DNA from: an uncultured Acidobacteriota bacterium
Lineage (GTDB): Bacteria; Acidobacteriota; Terriglobia; Acidiferrales; UBA7541
NCBI GenBank assembly: GCA_963749435.1
Contig: CAVVMU010000010.1
Location: forward strand, 570,678-634,677
Length of the DNA stretch: 64,000 bases
Direction: 5' to 3'
This document shows positions 1 through 8,829 of this stretch, piece by piece; the stretch's first letter is position 1, and each line of letters begins with the position of its first letter. The notes beneath the pieces are model-generated. The model saw only the letters and a list, made by a program, of their open reading frames with translations. It did no database searches and was not told the DNA's origin. The position numbers and the translations under genes were made by a program.

Positions 1-1345
1 AGGGATTAGATGCCGAACGTGATTTTACCTTGCGAATCTCTTCCAAGCGAGCGCGCAGGCGCTGTTCGAAACCTTGATCAGTGGGTTTGTACCAGGTGCG
101 GCCGGCGAGATTGTCGGGGAGGCAGGTCATGTCGGTGAGCTTTTCGTCGAAATCGTGGGCGTATTTGTAGCCTTGGCCGTAGCCGACATTCTTCATGAGG
201 CCGGTGACGGCGTTTCGCAGATGCAGCGGGACGGGATCGGCTTCGGTTTTGTGCACATCGTCGATGACTTCACCATAGGCAGTGTAAACGGCATTGGACT
301 TTGGCGCGAGGGCCAGATAAACAGCGGCTTGGGCCAGCGCGAGATTGCCTTCGGGTACTCCGAGAAAATCGAAGGCATCTTTGGCGGCAAGAGTGACGGC
401 GAGCGCGCCGGGTTCGGCGAGGCCAATGTCTTCGCTGGCCATGCGGACCATGCGGCGGGCGAGATAGAGCGGGTCTTCGCCGGATTCGAGCATGCGCACG
501 AGCCAGTAGAGGGTGGCATCGGGGTCGGAATTGCGGACAGATTTGTGGAGGGCGGAGATGAGATTGAAGTGCTCTTCGCCAGCTTTGTCGTAGCGCAGGA
601 GTTTGCGCTGGAGGACGTCTTCGAGGAGTTCGCGGGTGATGGTGCGCGCACCGGAGGCGGCTGGCTTGGCGCTGCGCGCGGCGAGGTCGAGTGTATTGTA
701 GGCGGAGCGGGCGTCGCCGTTGGCGTAGGACGCGATACGGAAGAGGACTTCGTCGGTGGCTTCGACGTTTTCGTTGCCGAGGCCGCGTTCTTTGTCGATG
801 ATGGCGCGCTTCAGGAGATCAACGATCTGCGGCGTGGTTAGGGGATCGAGGACGTAGACTTTCGTGCGCGAGAGAAGCGGCGAGATGACTTCGAAGGAGG
901 GGTTTTCGGTGGTGGCGCCGATGAAGGTGATGTGTCCGGCTTCGACATAGGGGAGGAAAGCGTCCTGCTGGGCTTTGTTGAAGCGGTGGACTTCGTCGAC
1001 AAAGACGATGGTTCGCTGGCCGCCGTGGGATTTGCGTTCGGAGGCCGCCATGACTTCCTTGATTTCTTTGATGCCGGCGAGGACGGCGCTGAAGGCGACG
1101 AACTCGGAGCGCGTGAGGCGGGCGATCATGCGGGCGAGGGTGGTTTTGCCGCAGCCGGGAGGACCCCAGAGAAGCATCGACGAGATTTGGTCGTTTTCGA
1201 TTTGCTGGCGAAGCGGTTTGCCGGGACCGAGGAGTTTTTCCTGGCCGATGAATTCATCGAGGGTACGAGGGCGCATGCGCTCGGCGAGGGGTTGATGCGC
1301 GGAGTCTTCGGTGGCGTGTTGCGGGAGGTTGGAGAAGAGGCTCAC
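1..1345 (-). CDS. rarA: Replication-associated recombination protein A (RarA/MgsA AAA+ ATPase); C-terminal end runs off the window
   Basis: Absent from the ORF track because no stop codon lies inside the window. Hand translation of the minus strand from GTG at 1345 gives ...RQQIENDQISSMLLWGPPGCGKTT (Walker A, about 1139-1165) and stays open to position 1. GTGA overlap with the stop of the upstream gene (1342-1344). Plus-strand ORFs 74..841 and 932..1399 are antisense shadows. Confidence 0.85.
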   Translation of the reverse strand, partial: MSLFSNLPQHATEDSAHQPLAERMRPRTLDEFIGQEKLLGPGKPLRQQIENDQISSMLLWGPPGCGKTTLARMIARLTRSEFVAFSAVLAGIKEIKEVMAASERKSHGGQRTIVFVDEVHRFNKAQQDAFLPYVEAGHITFIGATTENPSFEVISPLLSRTKVYVLDPLTTPQIVDLLKRAIIDKERGLGNENVEATDEVLFRIASYANGDARSAYNTLDLAARSAKPAASGARTITRELLEDVLQRKLLRYDKAGEEHFNLISALHKSVRNSDPDATLYWLVRMLESGEDPLYLARRMVRMASEDIGLAEPGALAVTLAAKDAFDFLGVPEGNLALAQAAVYLALAPKSNAVYTAYGEVIDDVHKTEADPVPLHLRNAVTGLMKNVGYGQGYKYAHDFDEKLTDMTCLPDNLAGRTWYKPTDQGFEQRLRARLEEIRKVKSRSASNP

Positions 1346-2307
1346 GATTTCGCCCCGGTTTTTTCCAACAGAGAATTGCGCTGGCGGGCGGCTTCGTAGA
1401 ACAAAACGGCGGCGGCAGCGGCGGCGTTGAGGGATTCGATGCCGCTGGCCATGGGGATGCGGATGCGGGCATCGGCGCTGCGTTCCACTTCTTCGGGAAG
1501 GCCGGCGCCTTCGTTGCCGACGAGGAGCGCGACGGGTTCGCACCAGTCGACCTCCCAGGGGGAGAGTGGCGGGGCGATTGTGGTTGAAGAGGACGCAATG
1601 AATTGCGCCCCTACAACCGAAGAAGGAACTTCGTGAACGGATGTGGCTAAGGTGCGGACGTTGGCGATTTTGAGTTGGGTAAGAAGAATCGGGAGCGACA
1701 TTCCGGGAAGAATCGGGAGATGGAGAGCGGCGCCGGCGGAGGCGCGCAAGGCTTTTGGCGAAAACGGACTGGCGGCGCCGGATTGGCCGGAAGCAGCGGT
1801 GACAGCGCCGGTAGCGCCGAACGCGGCGGCGGTGCGTAGGATGGTGCCGACATTGCCGGGGTCCTGTACACCAGCGAGAACTACGAGAAGGGGAGAGCAC
1901 GCAGAACTCGGCGCGTGAAGGAGATCATCCAGAGTGGCGGTGCGAGGCTGGACTAGAGCGGCGACGCCTTGAGGATGTTCGGTGTCGGCGAGGCCTTCGA
2001 AGAGACGATCGGTGGTGCGCAGTTTGGGGAAAGCCATTTCGGGCCTGTCGATGAGAGGGGCGAGGCGCTCGCGATGGCGTTCGCCGGATTCGCTGAAGAG
2101 GACGGCATCGATGCGGCAGCCGGAGCGAAGGGCTTCTTCGACGAGGCGCACGCCTTCGACACCGACGGCGCCCGATTCCGTCGGCAATCCTCCGCGTAGA
2201 GCCAAACGAAACTCTTTCAGCCAGCGATTGTCGCGGCTGGTCAGGACTCCTGGCGAGGCCGTGGGCACGCTCGCAGTGTTACGCGTGGATTTGCCGGGGG
2301 AAGCCAT
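1342..2307 (-). CDS. TrmH/SpoU-family RNA 2'-O-methyltransferase (RlmB-like)
   Basis: 321-aa ORF. The C-terminal SpoU methylase signature LLVGNEGAGLPEEV...IRIPMASGIESLNAAAAAAVLFYE is typical of the SPOUT family. Confidence 0.85.
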   Translation of the reverse strand: MASPGKSTRNTASVPTASPGVLTSRDNRWLKEFRLALRGGLPTESGAVGVEGVRLVEEALRSGCRIDAVLFSESGERHRERLAPLIDRPEMAFPKLRTTDRLFEGLADTEHPQGVAALVQPRTATLDDLLHAPSSACSPLLVVLAGVQDPGNVGTILRTAAAFGATGAVTAASGQSGAASPFSPKALRASAGAALHLPILPGMSLPILLTQLKIANVRTLATSVHEVPSSVVGAQFIASSSTTIAPPLSPWEVDWCEPVALLVGNEGAGLPEEVERSADARIRIPMASGIESLNAAAAAAVLFYEAARQRNSLLEKTGAKS

Positions 2308-2409
2308 CAGGGGGAGGGTAACAAATTTTCGGTGCGAGACGCTAACGCTGGGTCGTGGAGCGGCCCGCTTCGGCCCTTCGTTGCCGCTCAGGGTAAGAAG
2401 GCGAGCGCG

Positions 2410-3453
2410 CTATACGGGCTTTGCGGCAGAGGCCAGGGTTGCCGCTTGGTCATGCTCGGAAGACGCGAGCCGGGCGCGGACTTGCGAAAGTATTTCGAAA
2501 GAGCGGAGGCGGGCGGAGTGCTCGTAGATATGGGCGGTTGTGATGAGTTCGTCGGGTTGGGTGACTTCGATGAATTTAAGGAGGTCACGCTCGACGGTTT
2601 CGGGAGAGCCGACGACCGAGCAGAGCAGCGTCATGCTGGCGGAAGCTTTCTCCTGGGGCGACCAGTAAGAGTCGATGTCGTCGATGGGCGGCGGGATTTG
2701 GCCGGGAGTGCCACGGCGCAGGTTGGTGAAGGATTGCTGGACGGAAGTGAAAAGGTAGCGCGCTTGAGCGTCGGTTTCGGCGGCAATGACGTTGAGGCCG
2801 AGCATTACATAAGGGCGTTCGAGTTGGCGCGAGGGTTTGAAGTGCCGGCGATAGAGCTGCACCGCTTGCATCATGTCAGCAGGCGCGAAATGCGAGGCGA
2901 AAGCGAAGGGCAGGCCGAGTTCGGCGGCAAGTTCGGCGCTGAAGAGGCTGGAGCCGAGTAGCCAGATGGGGACGCGCAAGCCTGCGCCGGGTACTGCACG
3001 AATTCTTTGATTGGGCGCGGGGGGTTCGAAATAGGATTGCAGCTCCTCGACATCTTGGGGGAAATTGTCGGAAGTAGAAGCAATATTTCGGCGGAGTGCC
3101 CGCATGGTGGGCTGATCAGTTCCAGGAGCGCGGCCGAGGCCGAGATCGATGCGGTCAGGATAGAGCGAGGCGAGGGTGCCGAATTGTTCCGCGATGACGA
3201 GCGGGGAGTGATTGGGGAGCATGATGCCGCCGGAACCCACGCGAATGGTCTTGGTGCCTCCAGCAACGTGCGCGATGACGACGGAAGTTGCGGCGCTGGC
3301 GATGCCAGGCATGTTGTGGTGTTCGGCAAGCCAGAAGCGGTTGTAGCCCCAGGCTTCCGCGCGTTGCGCGAGATCGAGGGAGTTGCGCAAAGCATCGGCA
3401 GCTGTCGCGCCTTGCGGAATCGGCGAAAGATCGAGAATGGAGAAGGGAATCAC
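2410..3453 (-). CDS. LLM-class flavin-dependent oxidoreductase (luciferase-like monooxygenase)
   Basis: 347-aa ORF. N-terminus FSILDLSPI...[34 protein letters not shown]...[25 protein letters not shown] is the conserved YhbW/LLM pattern. Confidence 0.85.
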   Translation of the reverse strand: MIPFSILDLSPIPQGATAADALRNSLDLAQRAEAWGYNRFWLAEHHNMPGIASAATSVVIAHVAGGTKTIRVGSGGIMLPNHSPLVIAEQFGTLASLYPDRIDLGLGRAPGTDQPTMRALRRNIASTSDNFPQDVEELQSYFEPPAPNQRIRAVPGAGLRVPIWLLGSSLFSAELAAELGLPFAFASHFAPADMMQAVQLYRRHFKPSRQLERPYVMLGLNVIAAETDAQARYLFTSVQQSFTNLRRGTPGQIPPPIDDIDSYWSPQEKASASMTLLCSVVGSPETVERDLLKFIEVTQPDELITTAHIYEHSARLRSFEILSQVRARLASSEHDQAATLASAAKPV

Positions 3454-3616
3454 ATCTGTTGGATGCCTGATGGAACGGGCAAGTTACGGAAGCAGATTGA
3501 TTTGCTGGTTTGTGAGAGTGTTTGCGTTGAGCCAAGAGTCTTGTCACCCTTCCTTGGATCCTTCGGCAGGCTCTTATTGCATGCACTAGAGGGGTATGGT
3601 AGCGTCGCCAAATTGA

Positions 3617-4312
3617 GTGAAATCGCGGGCGAAGCGCCAGCGGGCGGGATTTGTGGCTTCGCCAAAGGCCAAAAAATTGTCGGCAGAACTGTTGCGCATC
3701 AACGCGCAAAACCCGGAAGCGGAAGTACTGCGTTACGCGGCCAGCTTTCTCAGCCGGGGAAGTGTCGTCGCTATTCCTACCGACACGTTTTACGGGCTAG
3801 CTGCCGACCCGTTTAATCTCGCCGCAGTGGATGAAATTTATCGCGTGAAGGGGCGTCCGGAGACGCGGGCGCTTCCGATTTTGGTGCGTTCGATGGAGCA
3901 GGCGATGCAGCTGGCGCGCGAAGTGCCGCAGAATTTTTTGCGGCTGGCGCAGGAGTTTTGGCCAGGTGCGTTGACGCTGGTGGTGGATGCGGCGAACCGC
4001 TTGCCATTGAAAGTAACGGCCAACACGGGGAAAGTGGCGTTGCGCTGGCCGAAGAGCGACATCGCGCGCAGATTGATCGAGGAGTTTGACGGGCCCATTA
4101 CAGGAACCAGCGCAAATATTTCTGGATTTCCATCGTGCTCGAACGCGCAGCAGTTGATGAAGCAGCTTGGCGGGCGGCTCCCGTTGATTTTGGATGGCGG
4201 AGAAACTGGCGCGACGTTGGGATCGACTATCGTGCAAGTCCATGGCGGAGCGTGGAAAATTATTCGAGAAGGCGCGATTCCCGTGGCGGAGGTTGAGAAG
4301 GCGCTGAAGTAA
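3617..4312 (+). CDS. tsaC: L-threonylcarbamoyladenylate synthase (YrdC/TsaC/Sua5 family)
   Basis: 231-aa ORF with IPTDTFYGLAADPFN...VDEIYRVKGRPETRALPILV...SANISG motifs. The true start may be downstream of 3617. Confidence 0.8.
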   Translation: MKSRAKRQRAGFVASPKAKKLSAELLRINAQNPEAEVLRYAASFLSRGSVVAIPTDTFYGLAADPFNLAAVDEIYRVKGRPETRALPILVRSMEQAMQLAREVPQNFLRLAQEFWPGALTLVVDAANRLPLKVTANTGKVALRWPKSDIARRLIEEFDGPITGTSANISGFPSCSNAQQLMKQLGGRLPLILDGGETGATLGSTIVQVHGGAWKIIREGAIPVAEVEKALK

Positions 4313-4421
4313 CGAACGAGAGTTCTTTTGTCCGGCAGCCTGCCTAGTCTTGCGGAGTGAATGAGTTGCACCAACTTGCCTTGCAAATAGTGCGGTTCGT
4401 GACGACGCCCAGCCAGGATGG

Positions 4422-4679
4422 GTGGCGTGCGAGTTTGAGGACGCGGACGGCCGTCGCCATACCCTCGTCGACAAAGTCCCGATATTCACCGATTTGATGC
4501 TTGATGCAACGAGCGTCTATCCCCAGATGGACACTGTTGGCTGCGAGATATTTGTCCGGTGGAAGGACGCAAGCGGGCGAGAGTTGCTGCGCGTCAGTAC
4601 CGCCAATCCCTGGTGGATTACCTCAACTGAAGAATTGTCTGAGTTTGTTGTGCTCCCATCCCAGATCTCCGAAGACTAG
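4422..4679 (+). CDS. Small hypothetical protein (85 aa)
   Basis: ORF with protein-like composition (VGCEIFVRWKDASGRELLRVSTANPWWITSTEE). The only possible start is GTG at 4422, since there is an in-frame TGA at 4362-4364. The AGGA lies only 3 nt upstream, so translation signals are weak. Confidence 0.35.
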   Translation: MACEFEDADGRRHTLVDKVPIFTDLMLDATSVYPQMDTVGCEIFVRWKDASGRELLRVSTANPWWITSTEELSEFVVLPSQISED

Positions 4680-4737
4680 TTGAAATTTAACGCAGAGTGC
4701 ACAGAGTTTGCGCAGAGTTCGCGGAGATTGCTGGGCG

Positions 4738-5925
4738 TTAGCGGGGCGGGGCATAGGAGATTTTACCGAGGATGGCGGGGCCACGCGCGCCAGTGGCGCT
4801 GGGGAGGTTGCTGGGGCGGTGGTGGAAAGTTTCGTAGGCCATGAGGGCGAAGGCGAAGGCTTCCTTGGCGTCGATCGGAATGCCAAAGTGCGAGGACTTC
4901 AGCACCTCAATACCATGGGGCCGATAGAATTCGGATAGGAACGAAAAGATCAGCGGATTGTTCGCACCGCCACCGGAGACGATCAACTGATGCATTCTTG
5001 TTTTTGGCAGAACGAAAAGTTCGATAGCCAATCGCACACCGACCACCGTGAACCAGGTCGCAGCGCGAATTAAGTCGTTCGGTTTGGCACGATACTTGCG
5101 GCCCAGTTGCAGGATTTTTTGTAAATACTCCTCACCAAAATATTCGCGGCCGGTGGACTTCGGTGGCGGCTCGTAGAGGTACGGTTCCTTCAGGAGTTGG
5201 GAGTTGAGAAGCGCAATATCCCGCCCTTTCAACGCAAGTTGACCGTTTTTATCGAAACGCTGGCGGCCGCGGCTAAAATGCGAGACCAATGCGTCAATCA
5301 GCATATTGGCGGGGCCAGTATCAAATGCGATGACGTCCGATGGTTTTGCCGAGGCTGGAATGACAGTAATGTTTGCTATGCCGCCGAGATTCAGCGAGAC
5401 GCGGCCGAGTCTTTCGTGGCGATAGAGAAGATGGTCGGCATAAGGAACGAGCGGAGCGCCTTGGCCGCCGAGGGCGATGTCGGCGGGACGGAAATCGCCG
5501 ATAGTTGTAATGCCAGTGCGGGCGGCGATGACGGAAGGTTCACCGATTTGCAGTGTCGAGGATGTGGCGTGTCCAAGATAAGGAGCTGGCTTTCCCTGAT
5601 GAAAAATGGTTTGGCCGTGGCTGCCGATAAGCGCAATGCGTTTTGGCGAGACGCGAAATTTGCGGCAAGCGGCGAGAGCGGCGTCCGCGAATACTTCGCC
5701 TAGACGAAAGTTCAACTGGCTGAGCTCTCCAGCGCTGATGGGATGCTGCTCGGCGACGCGAAGAATCTCTTTGCGCAGCGCAGGAGGAAATTTGCTCGAG
5801 GTGTGGCCGAGAAGTTTTGCGCTCAGATGCGGCGGCGCACCGGAGATGCGAGCGAGAGCAACGTCGATTCCGTCGGCGGAAGTGCCCGACATAAGACCGA
5901 GAACAAGCATGGGTTTCGGTGCCAT
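4738..5925 (-). CDS. anmK: Anhydro-N-acetylmuramic acid kinase
   Basis: 395-aa ORF with the hallmark N-terminus GLMSGTSADGIDVALA and overall AnmK length. Confidence 0.9.
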   Translation of the reverse strand: MAPKPMLVLGLMSGTSADGIDVALARISGAPPHLSAKLLGHTSSKFPPALRKEILRVAEQHPISAGELSQLNFRLGEVFADAALAACRKFRVSPKRIALIGSHGQTIFHQGKPAPYLGHATSSTLQIGEPSVIAARTGITTIGDFRPADIALGGQGAPLVPYADHLLYRHERLGRVSLNLGGIANITVIPASAKPSDVIAFDTGPANMLIDALVSHFSRGRQRFDKNGQLALKGRDIALLNSQLLKEPYLYEPPPKSTGREYFGEEYLQKILQLGRKYRAKPNDLIRAATWFTVVGVRLAIELFVLPKTRMHQLIVSGGGANNPLIFSFLSEFYRPHGIEVLKSSHFGIPIDAKEAFAFALMAYETFHHRPSNLPSATGARGPAILGKISYAPPR

Positions 5926-6068
5926 CGTCTGTAATGGGATTTAAACACAGAGGACACGGAGAACACAGAGCGGACAAGGAACGACGGAGATAAAGAGTGA
6001 ACGCAGCAAATGGCGCTGTAGGGGTGGGGCTTGCCCCACCGGGTTGAAACGCTCGCCGCTTCAATGCA

Positions 6069-8816
6069 CTACGAGATTTGCTTTTTCAATTCCGCCAGAA
6101 GATTGAGGGCGTCGAGGGGTTTGAGTTGGTCGAGGTCGGCGCCGCGGAGCTTGTCGAGGACGGCCCGATCAAGCGCTGTAAAGAGGACTTCCTGGTGGCC
6201 ATTGCGGCGGTGTCCGGAGGCGGCCGGTGGTGTAGTTCCACCGCTTGCGTTTGAGGAGAGGACTTCGAGGGCGCCAGGCGAAAGCGTTTCACTGAGGGCA
6301 TGCTCGCTCTGCTCGTGTTTCTTAAGAACTTCGCGGGCGCGCTCGATGACGCTGCGAGGAAGGCCAGCGAGGCGGGCCACTTCAATGCCGTAGCTTTTGT
6401 CCGCGCTACCTGGCTCGACGCGGCGCAGAAAGATAATTTCATTGGGCGTCTCTTTCACCGAGACGTGGACGTTTTGCACGCCTGTCAGGAGATCAGCAAG
6501 CTCGGTGAGTTCGTGGTAGTGCGTCGCGAAGAGCGTACGCGCGCGGGTGTGCTTCTGCAGATGCTCGACGACAGCCCAAGCGATCGAGAGACCGTCAAAC
6601 GTCGCAGTCCCGCGGCCGACTTCATCGAGCAGAACGAGGCTCGAAGGCGTAGCGTGATGCAGGATGGCCGCGACCTCGCTCATCTCTACGAGAAACGTAG
6701 AGCGGCCGCGCGCCAGGTTATCGCTGGCGCCGATGCGCGTGAAGATGCGGTCCGTAACAGGAAGTTTGGCCTGGCGCGCCGGAACGAACGAGCCCATCTG
6801 GGCCATCAAGACGATCAGCGCGGCCTGGCGAAGGTACGTGGACTTGCCGCCCATGTTCGGTCCGGTGATAAGCAAAAGCTGTTGCCGGCCCGGGTCGAAG
6901 CAGAGATCGTTGGGAACGAAGCGCTCGCCGCGCTGGCGAAGGAGTTCTTCAATGACCGGATGACGGCCTCCGACGATGAGCAGCTCTCCGGTCGAGTTGA
7001 ACTCGGGGCGCACGTAGCCGCGGTCGGCGGCCAGCTTGGCGAACGAACTTAGCACATCGAGCTGGGCGATGGCGCCAGCCGTGCGGCGAAGACGCGCCGC
7101 TTGCCCAGCGACGATTGAGCGAATTTCGACAAAAAGCTGGCGCTCGATTTCGAGAATGCGTTCGTCGGCGGCAAGAATCTTGCGCTCGTACTCTTTCAAT
7201 TCGGGGGAAGTGAAGCGCTCCGCGTTTACGAGGGTCTGCTTGCGCTCATAATCGGCGGGCGCGAGGTGGAGATTGGGTTTCGAAATCTCCATGTAGTAGC
7301 CAAAAATGGAATTGAAGCGAATTTTCAGCGAGGAGATGCCGGTGCGTTTCCGCTCGCGCTCTTCCATGGCCGCGATGATTTCTTTGCTATGGCGGCTGAG
7401 GTTGCGAAGCTCGTCGAGTTCTCCGTCGTAGCCGCCTCGGATAATGCCAGGATCCGTCGCGAGAGCGGGCGGTTCATCGGAAATGGAGCGTTCGAGACGT
7501 TCACGGACGTCAGTCAGTTCGTCAATCTCGCCGTGCAAGCGACGCAGCAGCGCGCTGCCGCCGACCGGGGGTGGAGTGAGAAAATTCTTCAGAACTGGAA
7601 GCTGCACGAGCGATTTGCGGAGAGCAAGCAACTCGCGCGGGCCAGCGAGGCCTAAAGTGATTCGGCTCGTGAGGCGCTCGAGGTCCTGTATGCCGCGCAA
7701 CTCCTTGCGAATTTCACCGCGAACCACAGTCTGCTGCAAGAGGTGCGTGACGGATTCAAGCCGAGCCTCAATGGCATCGCTATCGATCAGAGGCCGGAGA
7801 ATCCACGAACGCAGAAGGCGCGCACCCATGCCGGTGACCGTGGCATCGAGAGCGGACACAAGCGTCACAGGTCCGCCACGCGTGCCCTCTTCGCTAAAAA
7901 TTGGCGTGATCAGCTCGAGGTTGCGGACGGAGACGGGATCGAGCACGAGCGTCTCGTGTTGTTCGTAATAGCGCACACGATCCAGATGCTGCAGAGCGTC
8001 TGCGGTGGCCGGTTGCGCACTGGTTGAGCCCGCGGAAGTATCCGGGCCGCGGGCCGCATTTTCGCGCAAATAGTGAACAATGGCGCCGGCAGCGGCGAGT
8101 GCCTGCGGATGGTCGTCCAGGCCAAAGCCCGTAAGCTCAGCGACGCCAAACTGTTCGCGCAAGATCCGTTCCGCGTAGTCGCAATGGAAAATCCAGTCTT
8201 CGAGACGGCTTTCCACGCCTCCGGCGCCTTCGAGAAGGGATGTCTTTGCAGTCTCAAAGAGTTGCTGCGGGCGCGGAAGAAGCGTTTCGCGCGGATGGAG
8301 AAGCTGCAACTCATCACGCAAGGATTCGTCCGCATCCGGCCCCGAAAATTCCGTCGACTGGAATTCACCCGTCGAAAGATCCACAAAAGCGAGGCCAACC
8401 GGCGATCCGGAAGGATGCTTGGCAACGGCGGCCAAATAATTGTTCTCGCGCGCGTCGAGAACGGAGACATCGGTGGCTGTGCCCGGCGTGATGACGCGAA
8501 CGACCTCTCGCCGCACCAATTTTTTCCCGGGGCCTGGAAGTTCCATCTGGTCACAAATGGCGACTTTGAATCCGCCTCGGATGAGCCGCGCAATGTAGCC
8601 ATCCGCAGCGTGATACGGCACACCGCACATGGGAATAGGCTGGCCCTTTTCGCGGTTGCGCGAAGTCAAAGTGATTTGCAATTCGCGCGAAGCGAGGATC
8701 GCGTCCTCGTAGAACAATTCGTAAAAATCGCCGAGACGGAAGAGCAGCAGCGCGTGCGGGTAGCGCGTCTTGATCGCGTGATACTGCTGCATCAATGGTG
8801 AGGTAGGCTCGCTCAT
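6069..8816 (-). CDS. mutS: DNA mismatch repair protein MutS
   Basis: 915-aa ORF with N-terminal PLMQQYHAIKTRYPHALLLFRLGDFYELFYEDA, Walker A GPNMGGKSTYLRQ, and DEVGRGTATFDG. Confidence 0.97.
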   Translation of the reverse strand: MSEPTSPLMQQYHAIKTRYPHALLLFRLGDFYELFYEDAILASRELQITLTSRNREKGQPIPMCGVPYHAADGYIARLIRGGFKVAICDQMELPGPGKKLVRREVVRVITPGTATDVSVLDARENNYLAAVAKHPSGSPVGLAFVDLSTGEFQSTEFSGPDADESLRDELQLLHPRETLLPRPQQLFETAKTSLLEGAGGVESRLEDWIFHCDYAERILREQFGVAELTGFGLDDHPQALAAAGAIVHYLRENAARGPDTSAGSTSAQPATADALQHLDRVRYYEQHETLVLDPVSVRNLELITPIFSEEGTRGGPVTLVSALDATVTGMGARLLRSWILRPLIDSDAIEARLESVTHLLQQTVVRGEIRKELRGIQDLERLTSRITLGLAGPRELLALRKSLVQLPVLKNFLTPPPVGGSALLRRLHGEIDELTDVRERLERSISDEPPALATDPGIIRGGYDGELDELRNLSRHSKEIIAAMEERERKRTGISSLKIRFNSIFGYYMEISKPNLHLAPADYERKQTLVNAERFTSPELKEYERKILAADERILEIERQLFVEIRSIVAGQAARLRRTAGAIAQLDVLSSFAKLAADRGYVRPEFNSTGELLIVGGRHPVIEELLRQRGERFVPNDLCFDPGRQQLLLITGPNMGGKSTYLRQAALIVLMAQMGSFVPARQAKLPVTDRIFTRIGASDNLARGRSTFLVEMSEVAAILHHATPSSLVLLDEVGRGTATFDGLSIAWAVVEHLQKHTRARTLFATHYHELTELADLLTGVQNVHVSVKETPNEIIFLRRVEPGSADKSYGIEVARLAGLPRSVIERAREVLKKHEQSEHALSETLSPGALEVLSSNASGGTTPPAASGHRRNGHQEVLFTALDRAVLDKLRGADLDQLKPLDALNLLAELKKQIS

Positions 8817-8829
8817 GGCTTAGTCAAGC

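Noticed and set aside
74-841. 255-aa plus-strand ORF (with 932..1399, 975..1295 and 193..651) overlapping the rarA region
   Set aside because: Gly/Glu/Ala/Val-rich low-complexity translation, typical of the antisense frame of a GC-rich gene. The minus strand encodes a clear RarA with a Walker A motif.
5996-6049. 17-codon plus-strand mini-ORF (GTG AAC GCA ... TGA) after a GGAG between anmK and mutS
   Set aside because: Too short, Gly/Ala/Val-rich, and it overlaps a GC hairpin (GGTGGGGCTTGCCCCACC). There is no supporting evidence of translation.
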